DNA of 64,000 bases from Eledone cirrhosa (lineage: Eukaryota): the NCBI GenBank assembly GCA_964016885.1, contig OZ024748.1, forward strand, positions 29,636,001 to 29,700,000, read 5' to 3'. This document shows, piece after piece, positions 14,070 through 29,300 of the stretch. Position 1 is the first letter of the stretch; every line of letters begins with the position of its first letter. A program made the position numbers and the translations under genes. The notes beneath the pieces were generated by a model, which made no database searches, had not been told where the DNA came from, and saw nothing but the letters and a program-made list of their open reading frames with translations.

Positions 14070-14399
14070 GGTTATTTGACCATTTACATGAATAGAAACA
14101 ATAGCGGCAACAACAGTGCAACATAAATAAATAAAGATAACAGTGCGAAATGATACATAAAAGGCCGGGGGAGAAAACAAATGAAAATTAATTTGCGAGA
14201 CGTGAAGTGTGTATGGGAAGCAAATCAAGCCATTTTCATAAGGGATAACAACTTTTATACTCACAATAATAAATGTTATTTTAGCTACAAAAATAGCGAA
14301 GAGCGACTGAAAGTAATCGTAAAAGAACTGACAGAGAAAACAATATTGACAATTATTTTAGGTGAAAATCAAAACCATCACAGAAATTGAGAGAAAGAG

Positions 14400-15500
14400 A
14401 CTGATAGCTGTGTCGCAGTAGAAACAAAACTCAATAGACGGTAGTGTGAACCTAATAGAAGGGACAGAAATCAGATGGACACCGCTTTGTCCTTAGCTCG
14501 ATAATTGTTACGGGTAGAAAGTGACAAAGAGTGGGGAGGTTCGTTATCACGTGATTATCTCACATGACCCACACAAAAACCCTTAATTCATTTTTGCGAG
14601 GGGCTTTTTTAAAATCTTCTAATCCCTTTTTTTCTACCATAAACTTCTCTGATTTTGAGTGTCATCTGACTAACTTTTCTTTTCTAATGCCCCTGCTCCT
14701 CTATTCTCATCCCTCTCTCTCTTTCTCCTGCTTTGAGCGGGAAAGGGTCGCAGTGAGATGCTTTGCTTCTTGCCCCATCCACATTTTATCCTTCCTTCAC
14801 GTCATCACTATGGCCTTTAACTAGTTATTGATGGTGGTATCGATGTCATCAATGTATGGCAAACATTCATTTCATCTCTCCACCACCATCTCTTAATCTC
14901 CCTTACCACCATCAGTATCTCCCTCTTTCTTCTCTGTTCCTGCTACCATGGTTTCTATATCACTTGTTTTTTTTCTTTATACCTGAAATGACCCTTTCTT
15001 TATCTCTCTTTTTTTTCTCTATACCTGTCATTACCCTTTCTTTATTTCTCTCTTCTTCTCTGTACCTGCTACCACGCTTTCTTTATTACTCAGTTAAACC
15101 TTTTTTGTTCCCTCCTCTCTCTTCTCCTGCTCCTTCACCTTCGTTCATCTTTCTCCCACTCCCCTCCCACCTCATTATCACTCTGTTGAATAGAAGTAAC
15201 TGTTGAAGTAAGCGAGAAAGTAAGATTGCGCCGTGTTTGAAACAACAGGACGAAGAGAAGGGGGAGGATGAGGAGACAGCCAGATTGGTGTCCCTTAGCA
15301 AACTTAGTCTCCGGAACAACTTCCGCGCAAACACCACCACTACAAGTTTATAAACACGCAACGGAGTTAGGGACAGTGGGACACCTAAAAATCTTTTCGG
15401 AGTGCTGTTATACAACGGATTTTACTTGTTTACAAGCTCACTGATTGATGCATGCTCGAAAAGGTGGGGAAGCACCATTGTTAATCATCACCAACAATCC
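14400..15500. promoter_or_regulatory. Putative, possibly bidirectional, promoter region upstream of LMBR1
   Basis: Repeat-free and relatively CpG-rich; ATCACGTGAT palindrome at 14546-14555, TCACATGAC at 14560-14568, TCACGTCA near 14797, long CT-rich tract. Confidence 0.45.
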
Positions 15501-16398
15501 CTCTAATTCATACATAAATACATATACACTAGAACCACCAAAACATTACACGTATACGCGCGTTCGTATATATATATAAGTATATATATATATATATACA
15601 TACACACATATATATAAATATATATATATATATATGTGTGTATGTATATGCAAATACAGAACTATATAGATTTCGAAAAAGGAAGTGTTAGTAAGAGAGA
15701 AGCAAAAAGTAAAAGTTAAAGACCTCCCGACAATGAACACGTATAAAGACAGATAAAAACATGTATACACATAACTAGAAATAGAGTGCGTGTAATATAT
15801 ATTTATATAGTGTAGCGTTGCACGAACGATATAATTTTGATAACCGTTGGCATGTTTGTTTGACTTCGTGTGTTGTTCTACTGGCTATTGGTTTCTTTTA
15901 TAAAACTAAGAGAAAACAATACACAACGAACGAGTAGACCTCAGTCTACTCTATTTTGTCAGGCTATCATTATCTGTTTCTCTATCTTCTATTGTATTGG
16001 TAGACCGACACATACATTACACAAAGATAAGTGGGGTTGTTGGTGTTTAGCCCCAGGTAGGTCAGCTGCCCTGATCAAAAAAGAAAACTTAAACGAACGA
16101 ACGACAGTCAGTGTGTTGTGATTTGTAGAAAATCTTGGTGCAATTTTTAACTGGTTCGAAATCAATCCCATTTTAACAGTCGTAGAAATTAAATAAAAAG
16201 GAAAAAAAAAAAAAATTCAACAAGGAACAGAGGAACGTTTACGACGACGACAGTAGCAGTAACAAGAAGACTGCATTTTTGGTGGTGCTAGTGGTTCATG
16301 TTATTGAAGAGAAGCAATCACTTGGAATTAATAATAATAACCCTACAGATCAATGTAGCCATGCAGTTGGAGGGGTATACAAATGTCGTCCTTCCAAA

Positions 16399-16467
16399 AT
16401 GATTGGAGACGACAATGAATTGGATGTCAGAGAGCAAGTTTTCCACAATGCCATTCGTGAACATGTC
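16399..16467 (+). CDS. LMBR1: LMBR1-family coding exon 1 (MIGDDNELDVREQVFHNAIREHV)
   Basis: caaaATG start, donor GTAAGT at 16468; resembles the LMBR1 N-terminal REQxFHxxxRE. Confidence 0.9.
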
Positions 16468-16823
16468 GTAAGTAGAACAAAAAAAAAAAAGACAAACAAG
16501 ACCCAACCCCTACACCAGTTGCCTTAATTATTAATACTGTTCAACTTTTATGTTTTGAGTTCAAATCTCGGTAGGGGTAGATTTAATATGTACCACTTAA
16601 ATACTTGTAAATTATATACTCCTCTAAAAATTAATTGTGTATATATATATAATGTATAACAAATTTAATATAGAAATGGCTTCTACAGGACTAGAACTGT
16701 TTCTTTCGAATGAAACAGTTCTAGTCCTGTGGAAGCCATTTCTATATAAAATTTGCTGTTTACACTCTACTAATGTATTGAGTACTCTACTTACTGTGGT
16801 TACCCCCAATTGAACCCGGGACT

Positions 16824-16872
<49 letters not shown>

Positions 16873-19800
16873 ATACATATGTGTGTGTATATATATGTAT
16901 ACATGTGTGTGTATATATATGTATACGTGTGTGTGTGTATATATATGTATACATGTATGTATACATGTGTGTGTGTGTGTATATCTATACATGTATGTAT
17001 ACATGTGTGTGTGTGTGTATATATCTGTATACATGTGTATGTATATATGTGTATATGTATATGTATATATACATGCATACACATATGTGTGTGTGTGTAT
17101 AATATATATATATATATACACACAGTACAATGAGTTCTTGTAAACTTTCGGACAACTGGTCTATATAGTTGAATTGAAAGTGTCAATAAAGTCGACCTTG
17201 CTTCTCGTCACCGTGGTCCATTAAATAAGTATCAGTCAATTATTGAATATCTAATTAATTGTAAACCCACCCACCCCACACGTAATCACTTACGGCCGGG
17301 TTTGTGTTGATGTGAGAAATTGTTATTGTATGTCCATTATATTCTATGTTGGAATCTCGAAAAGTTGAGATGTTTAAGCCATGGTCCTTCACCTACTGAA
17401 TTCAATTCGCCATCGGAGATTAACTTACACTGGCATCCTTCTGAAATCGATAAAATCCTGTAGCAGCCAACTACTTTGTCTTTTCTCGCTCCATACACAG
17501 TAAAAAAAAAAAACGCTTGAAAATGTTGGACGATTTCACTTTCGTTCCCCATGAATGTACTTCAGTAGGAAATCAATATGTGTTATGTATGACCCTCACC
17601 TCTCGATTCCAAATCCAGAATACTGGAAATTCGATGAAATACAAAATTAGATTCAGACAACTGCCCCTTTTCTTCAAAGAGTAGGTTTTGTATGATACAT
17701 TCAACTCAACCTAGATATCGAACTAGGTTCGATTTCTAGTCAACGCAATTTCATCCTCACTTAACCTGCCAAAAATGCTTACTGATTTTTTAGTTGCATC
17801 CCTTCCTATTTCGACTCGAAATCCTGAGTTTTTTTTTTCTCGTCTTTCATCACTCCGGGTTCGATAAATCAAGTACTAAACACATACTGGAGATGATTAG
17901 TAAGTGAGGCAAACTAATTTTGTTCTGATGGTCTGTTAGAGGTGCTGCGTTTAGTTTTTATTTGTCGAGCTCGCTGGCTGATTTCGATTTCAAATTGAAA
18001 GCAGCTTTCACTTAACATCGACAATTCATTTCAGTTTGAAAATATAAAGCAAGAAATACTTGAACATCACAGCATCCCATCTCACTTAACTTTTTGAATA
18101 GGCTATGTAGCCGGTAAACCCTAAAGGGATGCAACACACATATCACCAACCCCTTCCTTCCTCAATCATTCATAGATGTGTATGTCATAATTATTTTGTA
18201 TAATGTGTCTATTTATGAATATGTATGAGTAGATGTGTGTGTGTGTGTATGTATGTATGGGTTTGCACTTCTGTTGTCTATCTGTTTATGTATTTACGTG
18301 TAGATGTGTGCGTGTGTGTGTATAACTAAAGTACGTTAAGAATGGACGACTAAATGATTTTAACTTTTTTTTTAAGAATTGATGGTGGAAAAGATTTCAA
18401 ATTGTCTTAACTCAAATCGTAAAACTCATGGTGTCTGACACTCTTACCGACTGGTAGTCTATTTTACCAAGACCGGCTACATAGCCTCTTCCATAAATTT
18501 TGAAACGTCATACTTCTACACGAGACTAATACTACTACCATTATTACTACAAGTGATAAATGTTACTTGTGACACAATTTCCACTCATGTTTTCTGGCAT
18601 GTTTCATTTGTTTACGATATAGCAATGGTCTCTCTCTTTCGTTATCACTGTCCCTGTTAAGAGGGAGCTCTCCTAAAGAATTCCTGTTTATTTGTACTCC
18701 CATTCATTCGTCCACCGGAGCGAGCTAAATCCACGATCCTACATGAATTTACTGATTATTGAAGGCACCCAAGTCTTATTTCTGAACCCCACTTCTAACA
18801 TTAAGTTAACACAAAAATGCGTGTTTGATTAATGAATGTTCATTGTATAGACGCAAGAACTCAAGATTTGTGATAGAGGCTAAATGGGATTGCATGGCTC
18901 TCAATAGCATGCAGAAATCGAAATATGGAATTTCTTATATCATTCTTCCGAGTTTCGTTCGTTATAACCGACGAGTGTCGTCGTGGTATATGATGTTAAA
19001 TTGTTAGATAGTCTCCTCCATTTAGGCTGAAAAGTTGGTTTGTATTTTGTTAGCTGGTCCTTTGGTGTGTCCTTAATATCCCAGTCCTAAATAAATTATT
19101 GTTGTTTAGCTCAAGCATGGGCAACCTTTTTTTGAGTAGTGGGCCACATATGATGTGGTTTATCATAAGGTGGGCCGCATTACTAAAGAATCCAAGGCAA
19201 TTTTGAAATTGCGTACCATTCAGAAAGTCAAACGGACCGCAGTTTGCACACGACTGGTTTATTTAGGACATATTTTTGGACTACTATCAAATGGGTAGGG
19301 TGTTCAAGGGAGCAGTAGTCCAAACAATCATGTAGAAACTCCCACAGAATAAGTAGCCTGTGAGAGGTGGCAGGGGTCATTGTATGAACCAAGGTGTGTT
19401 CTATTTAGTTTAGTGTCAACTTTAAACGTCGACATAGTTTAAGACCTATTCTTTTATTCGTTTACTAGTTTATTGCGATCTCTTTTTGTCCAACAGCTAT
19501 GTCACCTGTTGACGAATAAACCCTTCATTGTTGAGAGAGAGAGAGAGATGAAATTGTATCTTAACAGTGTAGTACCGGAAACAAATCTTGATTACACATC
19601 GCCTGTTAAATTACCTTGACCTTGGAGGTCAATTATGAAGGATCCTGCTTAAATTCTATCTAACCAACAGTCGTCCCCATTTTTTCAACCCCCCCCCCCC
19701 TCCCTGAGTTGCTCGCCACCAGCGTTGTCTCATGAGTTGACTTGAATGATATAAAGTAAAGTATAATACTTGCGACCGTACTCTTGTTTTCTGTCCGTAT

Positions 19801-20329
19801 ACGGTGGTGCTAATTGTACATTACATATAAATACGTGTGTGTATTACATATACGTATGTGCATTACCTATAAATACGTGTGTCGGTGGATTGGCAATATC
19901 GGTAGAAAGTCGGAAGCCATGCTTGCAGCATCGAGTCACGGCCCTTTACGGTCTGGGTTCAAATCCCGCCGAGGTTAACTTTGTCTTTCATCCTTACGGG
20001 GTGGATAAAATAAAGTACCAGTAATGCACTAGATTAATTGCTGGCCTTGTGCCAAAAGTAGAAACAGTTATTACATATGGTTGCGTGTGTATCATGACTC
20101 AGGTGTAAAGTTTTAGATGGTGTTTTACAATCATCAGACACATGTAATACACCGTTTGGTTAAATTGTTATTTCATAGCAGTCTTTTTTTTAAAAACTAC
20201 GTAAACTACGTATATTAGTATTACGTGTTATTCAATTGAAACTTCTGAAAAATGTAGTAACCACACCTACACATGTAATGTGCGTGTAAATGGCATGATT
20301 TATACGCATGAAATACGCATGTGTATGTA

Positions 20330-20376
<47 letters not shown>

Positions 20377-23300
20377 CATCATCATCATCACTTTACGTCC
20401 GCTTTTCCTTGCTTGCAAGAGTGGGACGGGAACTGATTCTGGCTTGATTTCTACAGCTGGATGCCCTTCCTAACACCAATCTCATTTACAGTGAGTGCTG
20501 GGTACTTTTTTTCCGTGGCACCTCCACGACCACTTTACAGTGTGGGCTGGGTGTTTTTTTTCCGTGGCACCTCCACGACCACTTTGCAGTGGAATGATAG
20601 GGACCCCAATCCCTATCATCTCATTTCTTCAGCTGAGTTAATTGGAGCAATATGAAATAAAGTGTCTTGCTCAAGGAAACAACACATCACCCGGTCTGAG
20701 AATTGAACTCACAACCGTTCGATTGATATATATATATATATATATACATACATATATTTTAAGTATGTGTTGTTTACCGACACCTCAGTATGCAGGGTGG
20801 AGCACTCTACGAAGTACACAGACTGGTTTGTTTACTCCGGAGTAATGTAAAATAAAATGTGAAAGTCAAACATATTAAAGTTGGCTTCGTTTATTCCAGT
20901 TCCCTGCTATATATATGGCATACGTTAAGACGGGCGTTCCGGAAAGTGAAAGTAAATTTTTTGACAACACTGAATTTGTTTTTTTGTTTTTTTTTACAGT
21001 GAAAGTTACGATACACACGCAATTGTATGGATTTCTTAATATATATATATATGTGTGGGTGTGTATATGTGTGTATATATATGTGTGTCTGTATGTATAT
21101 ATATATATATGTGTTTGTATATATATATGTGTTTGTGTCATCATCATCGTTTAACGTCTATCTAAAGAAAAAATAATCACACACGCAATACTAATTAACA
21201 CCATATCACTATAGAGACCTGTTGTAAATAAACAAACAAATTCACAGTGTACACACATATTTACACACCCACACATATATATATATTAAGAAATCCATAC
21301 AATTGCGTGTGTATCGTAATTTTCATTGTAAAAAAAAAAAAATTCAGTGTTGTCAAAAAATTTACTTTCACTTTCCGGAACGCCCGTCTTAACGTATGCC
21401 ACCTTTTCCTATATATGCCATGACTAAATTATAACCATCAACATAGTCAAGGTATAATAATAATGAAATTATTGTGTACAGTGCTCAGCACTACATGTCA
21501 GACATCAACTTATTTTATCTGATGAGGACGTTCTGTTAAAATAGCTTAGTACCTCTGAAATATGTATAATAAAATATATTTGATCACATGAATGTCTATA
21601 TTTATTAATATTTTGAAGTAATATAATATATATATATATATAGTATAAACAAAGTTTCATATATTTAACATGCATGTGCTACCATTGGTTTCGGGGTCCA
21701 GTCATCGCCTTCACTGTATAATGGAAGAGGCACATTTAAACTGGCCTTTCATTGAGGCACGTGGACAAAAATATTTGTTTATACTAAATAAGCTCTCCTC
21801 CAACAAATTGAGCACTGTTTTCCTTGATATCTTCATCTACGGATTTCTGCCAATGCGTATGTGTTATATGAGAGAGAGAGAGGTTTCCTTGCGATACACA
21901 CATACAATAAATACATGTCTATGTAATGTTAATCTCTTATATTAAATATCAGTGATTTGGTGAGTTTAAAGTTCTGAAAAAATAAATAAAATCTATTACA
22001 AAAGAACAAACCAAAAAAAGCCCTAACTAAAAACTCTTGTCTATTTTATCTTTTACGTATCAGTTTTCCTATCTCTCTAGTCTCATTCTCCCCTTTTAGT
22101 TTCCTGTTTAAGCATTCCATTCATTATTTTCGCCATGCTTTCCAGCATAGTTACGTCCCTTTATCTGAGTTCAAATCCGCCGAGGTTGACTTTGCCTTTC
22201 ATCCTTACGGGATCGTAAAAATAAAGTACCAGTAATGAACTGGGTTATTGCTGGCCTTGTGCCTAAAGTAGAAACAATTATTTAGCCAAAATAACAGGGG
22301 TTCACCTTTGGGGTCTACATCATTACTTTTGTCTGTTTTTCCATGCTGGCATGGCTGGACCGGTCATTTAAATGCAACTCATTTAGTTGCCTCTCATGAC
22401 ATAGAGAGAGAGAGGGATATAGTGTAGCTATTTTATTAGAAACCAGAACACACATGTCCATTTTCTCAGAGGCCTGCAACTTGCTTACATGCGCTCCGGC
22501 ACTCTCCCGAATGCATTTTTTCAAAATAGGCCTGTTCTAAATCCAAATTAATAGAATAATGAGAGAGAATAAAATATCAATTCTGTATTTAGAGTTGGCT
22601 AAAACTGAACAAATTCTTTCATTAATAGATTTCTTATGAACGTCTCTGCCTATAATTTTCAAATCATTTTGACGATAATAAGGGGGAAAAAATGATAAAA
22701 ATAGCTAACTTTCTTGTTATTAAGGTGGTATTTAGAACATAACAAAGGTTCTTACATAAAATTATAATGGAAAGTTTTTAGATAGATGTAAACATAAAAA
22801 TCGAGAGGACTCTTCAGTTGTCTCAAGGGCACAACAACCTTTCTAATGTTGGTGAGCTACACGATAAACGCACTTAGTACACACTAGAATGTGGTTGGTG
22901 ATAGGAAGGACATCCAGCCATGGAAAACCTGCTAAACAACAGGTCAGGAGAACTCTTTAGCTCTATCAAAGATATGCCAACCTCCTAGTGCTGGTGCCAT
23001 GATAAAATGTCCCAGGTACACTCTGTAGAGAGTGGAAACATGTAAACGAGATGTAGGCCAGAACTTATGAGGGGATCAGTAGCTTCACTTGAGTATTGAC
23101 TTGGTCTGTGACAACCTGTCCAACTCTTGCTAGCATGGAAAATGGATGTTGAATGATATGATAAACAGTTTTGTATCACAGGACCAGAGCAGTTTGGTAT
23201 GAAAAGGGTTGTCTGTTTTCAATGGTTTTGCTTTAACATAAATGGCCTCATATTTTGAGAAAAATGTTAACTGTAAAAATCTCTCAATCTTACATTCTCC

Positions 23301-26300
23301 TGGAGCTTCAATCTGAGGAATGAAAGTTGAGTTATCAACATTCATTCTAAACAGGCTGTGATTTTCTTTTACATTCAGTAACATCTGTATTCTCATCAGA
23401 ATTTATGAACTCTTAATCTAAAAACATGTTTAATTCAAATGTTTATAGTATCTTTACTAGTTGACAGATCATTCTGTGTTCATTAACACTTAATTCTTTA
23501 ATGATTTAGCAGAGAACATCTAAATAAGTGTTTTGTTAATTCAAATGTTTATAGTATCTTTATTAGTGAACAGATCATTGTAAAAAATTGCAGTAAATTA
23601 GTTACAGATTATAATTTTTATATCTGATGCAGTCATAGGAATGTCTTGCTAATGTACCATCATCATAATTTAATGCCTGTCCTCCTTGCTTGTGTTATGA
23701 TCAAGATCCTTGCTATTTTTGTTACAGTCATCTGAAATCATTTCAAGTTGTTGGATGAATGAAATGCATGCATTAAGCTTCAGACCAATTGATTGAAGAT
23801 ATTCTGAGGCTTTTACATAATGCTCAGATAATTGTATGCCTTAAATGAGTCTCATTTAACAATTTCTTTACAATATTTCTAATGAAAAATACTGCCTATG
23901 ATTTTCAAGTCATTTTGAAAATAATCAAAAATTTGAAGGCATTTAGAAATGTAATTGACTTTCTTATTCAAAATATAACTTTCTTGTTCAAAATATAAAT
24001 TAAGTTTCTTACATAAAATTATTAAGCTGATGGTTGGAACAGAACTTACCAATGGTTCTTGCATAAATGTGGTTGGTGTTAGGAAGGGTATCCAGCCGTA
24101 GAAACCAAACCAAAATACAGGTCTGTATGAGCAAGGCATGGTCTCCTGATCCAACTTGTTTCATAATGTGATGACCCATCTAATCTATGGAAGTGTGGAA
24201 AATGGATGTTAAACAATGAGTTTAGTTTCAATATTTTCCAATTCAAAACTGGCCCATAAACTGACTCACATAATTTCTCAGAATAATATAGAATCAATTC
24301 AGTTAGATTTTGATATTGTGATAAAATTCTGGCCTGTTCAGCAGTTATTAATTTTGGGGGGCATGGGTGGGATATGTGATGAACTGATGACATAGATCTG
24401 ATACTGCTAATTTCATATGGTCATCATAAATAATTTAGATAAAAATAAATCTGTTGTTTGTTTATCATCATTACAACAAGCATTTTAAGGCAATTTTCCT
24501 TGCTTAAGTAGGAGTTAGATTTGTGGAGGACTGATGACAACCTTCTTTTATCTTCAGCACCTCCTTCACTAAGCCCCTGGATTTCATTTCCTCCTCCATC
24601 TTTAGCCATATTTATCATGGTCTTCCTCTTTCTCTAGTACCTTCCACATCCATTACCATAACTCCTCTCACCTAGTTTCACTTTCTTCATCCATCTCACT
24701 TTACAATATCCACCTGGCTTTATTCCCTTCATCCAGTCACTTTGGTCCTTCCTCAACACGACACAACCATCTCATTCCATTTCTCTTCACAACACCCATC
24801 ATTGAGTTTATTCTCATCCTCCTCTGCAATTCATTGTCTGTCTTCCTCTCTCTCTCTCTGAGTAATGTGCCCCTAATCCACATTAGTGTCGAAAAATTTC
24901 TGCATTCTTTCTAGAGCAGCAAAAGATCAAAACCAAGCCTTGATCAAAGCACTGGAACAACAAGGTCACGATTCTTTGGTTAACTAAACCACAAGGTTGC
25001 ATAGCAAAAGGCAGAAAGTGTTCAGTACATATCACATTCTAAAGTAAAACTGACCCAACAAAGTTCATCTAGATTGAAAACAGCCACATATCTGAGAGAG
25101 AAACATACATACTTGATATAGTGACATAAAAGAAAAATAGCTTTGACAACACACACACACACACACACATGCACTCACACAGAGTTATTGTTGTACTGAC
25201 ATACACATTAGTTTTATGATAATTAGCATTAGTTGGTATTTGTACCTTGTTCCTCTTAATCCTGTGTTTGTCTTTCGTTTCTGACCATTGATCCGACAAA
25301 AATCTTCCAGTTGACATTACTATGAGGGGGAAGAGGTTAGCAAAATTGTTAGGACATTGGACAGAATGGCTTTTTATGTTCTGAGGTCAAATCCTATAGA
25401 GGTGAAAATTACCTTTTATTCTTCCATGGCTGATAAAATAAAGCACTAGTTAAGTAAGTAGTGGATTTGACTTTTCCCTTCCCTCAAATTGCTGGCCTTG
25501 TACCAATGTTAGAAAGAATTGTTGCAGCTATTTAAGGGTTGGGAATTGGCAAAATCCTTTGAGCATCAGACAAAATGCTTTATAGTATTTCTTTCAGCTC
25601 TTTATGTTCTGAGTTCAAATCCTGTTACGGTTGGTTTCAGATTTGGTATCAAAAGAGTTAAATAAGTCTAAGTAGAGAATTGTGGTTTTGGTCTATCAAT
25701 GTACAGCACTGAACTTTGGTTTTTGTGTGTTTTGTTGTAGTTAACCCCCAGTTCACCAGGCTTATAATCCAAGTTATTTCTGCTTAAGCTGTGTCATAGT
25801 TCATGACCACACAGAAACTCATTTTTAAAAAAGCATGACACAATATGTCATGTTTGAATGTAAGCCTGGCTGGCTTAAACATATTTTATAATGTTGTCAA
25901 ATTATAAAAAGTCATTTACCAGATCATATAATGATGATATTTTTGTTTGGCAAAGAAGTGCAAGCAGTTTTTCTTTGTTTGCTGGCTATGGCAAAAGATG
26001 TAGTATGGTAGATGAAATTGAAAAAGAATGAGGACAGACATTTTCTTTTTTGACCCAAGCCCATATCAACTTGCAGTTGGTGATATAACCAAGACATTAG
26101 AGCATTGGACAAAATGCTTTGCTGTATTTATTCAGGCTTTCTGTGCTCTGAGTTCAAATCCTGCCAAAATTAACTTTGCCTCTCATTCATTTGTGGTTGA
26201 TAAAATAAAATACAAGTCTGGAGTGATGAATTCGAGGAATTTTCAGAGCATTGGACAAGGTGCCTTGTGTTATTTGTTCTGGCTCTCTGTATTCAGAATT

Positions 26301-29300
26301 CAAATCCTATCAGTCAATAAAGTACATTGTTAGGTAGTGAGGTTGATATATTATAATTGACTGTGTCCTCTGCTTGAATTTCTCGTACACTAAATTATTA
26401 TTAATATTACTGTTTTAGGTTAATTTTTTATGCTGACACTGGTTGATCAGGTTGTTCTGAGATAAGACAAATCAGATGACCGCATCCTGCTCAGACAATT
26501 TTGGCATGATTTCTAAAGCTGGATGTACTTCCTAATGCCAATCACTTTATAGCAAATTGGATAGAATACTTTGTGGTATTTATTTCGATTCTCTTCCCTC
26601 TGAGTTCAAATCCTGCCAAGGTCAACTTTACCTTTCCTTCATTCAAGGTTGATAAAAAAAGCACCAGTCTAGTACTGGGACTATATCTCTTTCACTTTCT
26701 GTCTATCCTTCTCTGGAAGAAATCTGCTGTGTTCAGACCTGGAGAGGGGATGGGCTCCGCCAGGTTTTAAAAAATGCCTTGAAATGCTTTAAGCCGATAC
26801 AACATCCCCTAGCTCCCTCGGGAGTTACAGGACAAATGAAAAGAAAATGGCTATATTTACTATAGTGTATGACTATATTTACTGTAGTGTATGGCTTATA
26901 TTTACCCTAATGTATGTCTAAATTACCATAGTGTATGTCTATATGTACTGTAGGGTATTACTATATTTACCATAGGGCATGTCTATATGTACTGTAGTGC
27001 ATGTCTATATGTACAGTAGTATATGTCTATATTTTCTCTAGTGTATGTCTATATTTTCTCTAGTGTATGTCTATTTGTACTGTAGTGTATGTCTATATGT
27101 ACTGTAGTGTATGTTTATATGCTGATTAAGTTGATTTCAATGCATTACTGGTGCTTTACTTTATCAACCCTTTAAGGATGAAAGGGAAATCTAACTGTGG
27201 CAGGATTTTAACTCAGAATGTAAAAGGATGTAACTATATGCCACAAAGCATGTTTTGCAATGCTCTACTGATTCGACCAATCCACCAGGTTAATGAAACA
27301 ACATATCTTACATCCATAATGTTTTATATTCAGTATTTATGTCAGTATTTATTGTTCTTAGCTCTCAAGTTATTTTCTACACAATATTTGGAGTGAGTTC
27401 ACCCAGTTTTGATATGGCAATTGTTAGCATATCAATGTCCTCTTCCTTCCTCTCTTTCTCTTCCATGAATTATATAATCGTGGTCTTTGTTATGATATAA
27501 TGGTGTATTAAGGTAGGTGGAGATGTGTAAGGTGTTCTATACAGATTTTGTTACCTGGCAGTATAAATAAATATAAAAGCACATTAAAAAATATATATAC
27601 ATCACTGATAATACCTTACTGGCACCACTCATGTAAGGTAATTATTTAAGCACCATGGAGATTATAATTAACAGCACTAGGGTTAGAGCTTCTAACTACA
27701 CTGCCAAGGAGCAGGGAGGGTCAGTGAATAATGGATGGGTTGTCTCTGAGACAGAAAAATATAAAGAACTCAGTTTTGTCCTGCAGAAGAGCCATTAAAA
27801 TTGGGAGGACTGTTAGGGTGCTGGAGAAAAGAAAGAAGCTGTGTTATCTGTTTGAGGAAAGTGGTACGCTGATCCTTGTGACCCAAGAACACGGGATCCT
27901 ACATGATGAGCCCATAAAGAGAGCGATGATTGGAAGGAGGAGCCAGCTCATCAGCTAATGTTGCAGTAGGAGGAGTGGGGCTTGTTTTGAGTGTAAGAGC
28001 CAACCTATTAGTGAGGGAGATTATACCTGTCTCCCCGAGAGTTTTGAATGTTATCTTCAATGGAGACCCAAGGATGACAGTCATCGCAGCCTATAGTCCA
28101 ACTGAGGGGGACAGTGATGAGAGTGCAGAGGAGTTCCATGAGGAAGTGTGTTCACCATACAAGCTCACAACATCCTGCTTGTTCTGGGTGACTTCAATGC
28201 ACATCTGAGTAAGGAGAGTAGTGAAGATCCCTGCTGGTACTTCCATGACAATATCAACTGAAACAGGAGACTACTGAGGGACACCCTGCTGGAGGCGAAC
28301 CTGATGGCAACCAACCTAAGGTTTAGGAAGAAGCTGGGGAAGATATGGACCTACATCTCTGATATGCATCTGACCAAGTCCCAGATTGATTTCATTCTGG
28401 TGAGGAGGAAGTGGCAGAATAGTATTCTGAACACAGAACCCTACAGTTATTTCAGTACATTGGGCAGTGGTCACTGGCTTATGAGTGAGGTCTAGGAGAG
28501 TTTAAAAAAGAGTAAGGCTAAGCCATGGAGAGCTATCTGTGACCGGGGAGCTATCAAGGAAGATAAGTTACAGGAGAGGTGCACAGGTGAGCGAATTAGC
28601 AGCGGAGGTGGGTGTTCGGAAAGTACAATAACTAGGGTAAGAACGGGATGGAAGAAGTTCAGAGAGTTACTGCTAGCTGCAAAAGGCTTTTCCTTCAAAA
28701 TGAAAGGCAGACTGTATGATGCGTGTATACGAACAGCAATGTTACATGGTAGTGAGATCTAGGCGCTGTCTGTAGAAGTTTTGCGCAAATTAGAAAGAAA
28801 CGAAGCTTGCATGCTCCGATGGATGTGTAACAGTAATATACGTGAACGGCAAAGCATAAATGAACTGAGAGAGAGACTGAGCATAAGAGGAATCAAATGC
28901 TGTGTGCAGGAGAGGAGGTTACGTTGGTATGGACATGTGATGTGTATGAAGGATGACAGCTGCATAAAAAGGTGCAGAGCACTAGAAGTCGATGGAAGCC
29001 GCGGAGTGGGGAGACCCAAGAAGACCCGGGATGAGGTGATAAAAGCCGACCTTATCCAATTGCACCTCTCAAGGGCGATGACACACGACCATGACCTCTG
29101 GCGTCATGCAGTAATACAGAAGACCAGACCCCCCATAGGTACAAGCCGAAGCTGAAGCATATAGACAATATGCCCCCACCCGCTCTCACTGCAAATTGGT
29201 CGTGGAGGTGTCACGGCAAAAAGCACCCAGTACTCACTGTAAATGAGGTTGGTGTTAGGAAGGGCATCCAGCTGTAGAAATCAAGCCAGAATCAGTTCCT

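Noticed and set aside
14856-15206. Pro/Ser/Leu/Phe-rich ORF (similar at 38007 and 51989)
   Set aside because: Translation of CT-rich polypyrimidine tracts
16279-16398. 40-aa N-terminal extension of LMBR1 in the ORF track
   Set aside because: Starts at a non-ATG codon; homology begins at ATG 16399
16624-17186. Several 80-170 aa ORFs rich in Y/I/H/T/C/V (also at 29409, 44988, 55269 and 56556)
   Set aside because: Translations of (TA)n/(TG)n microsatellites
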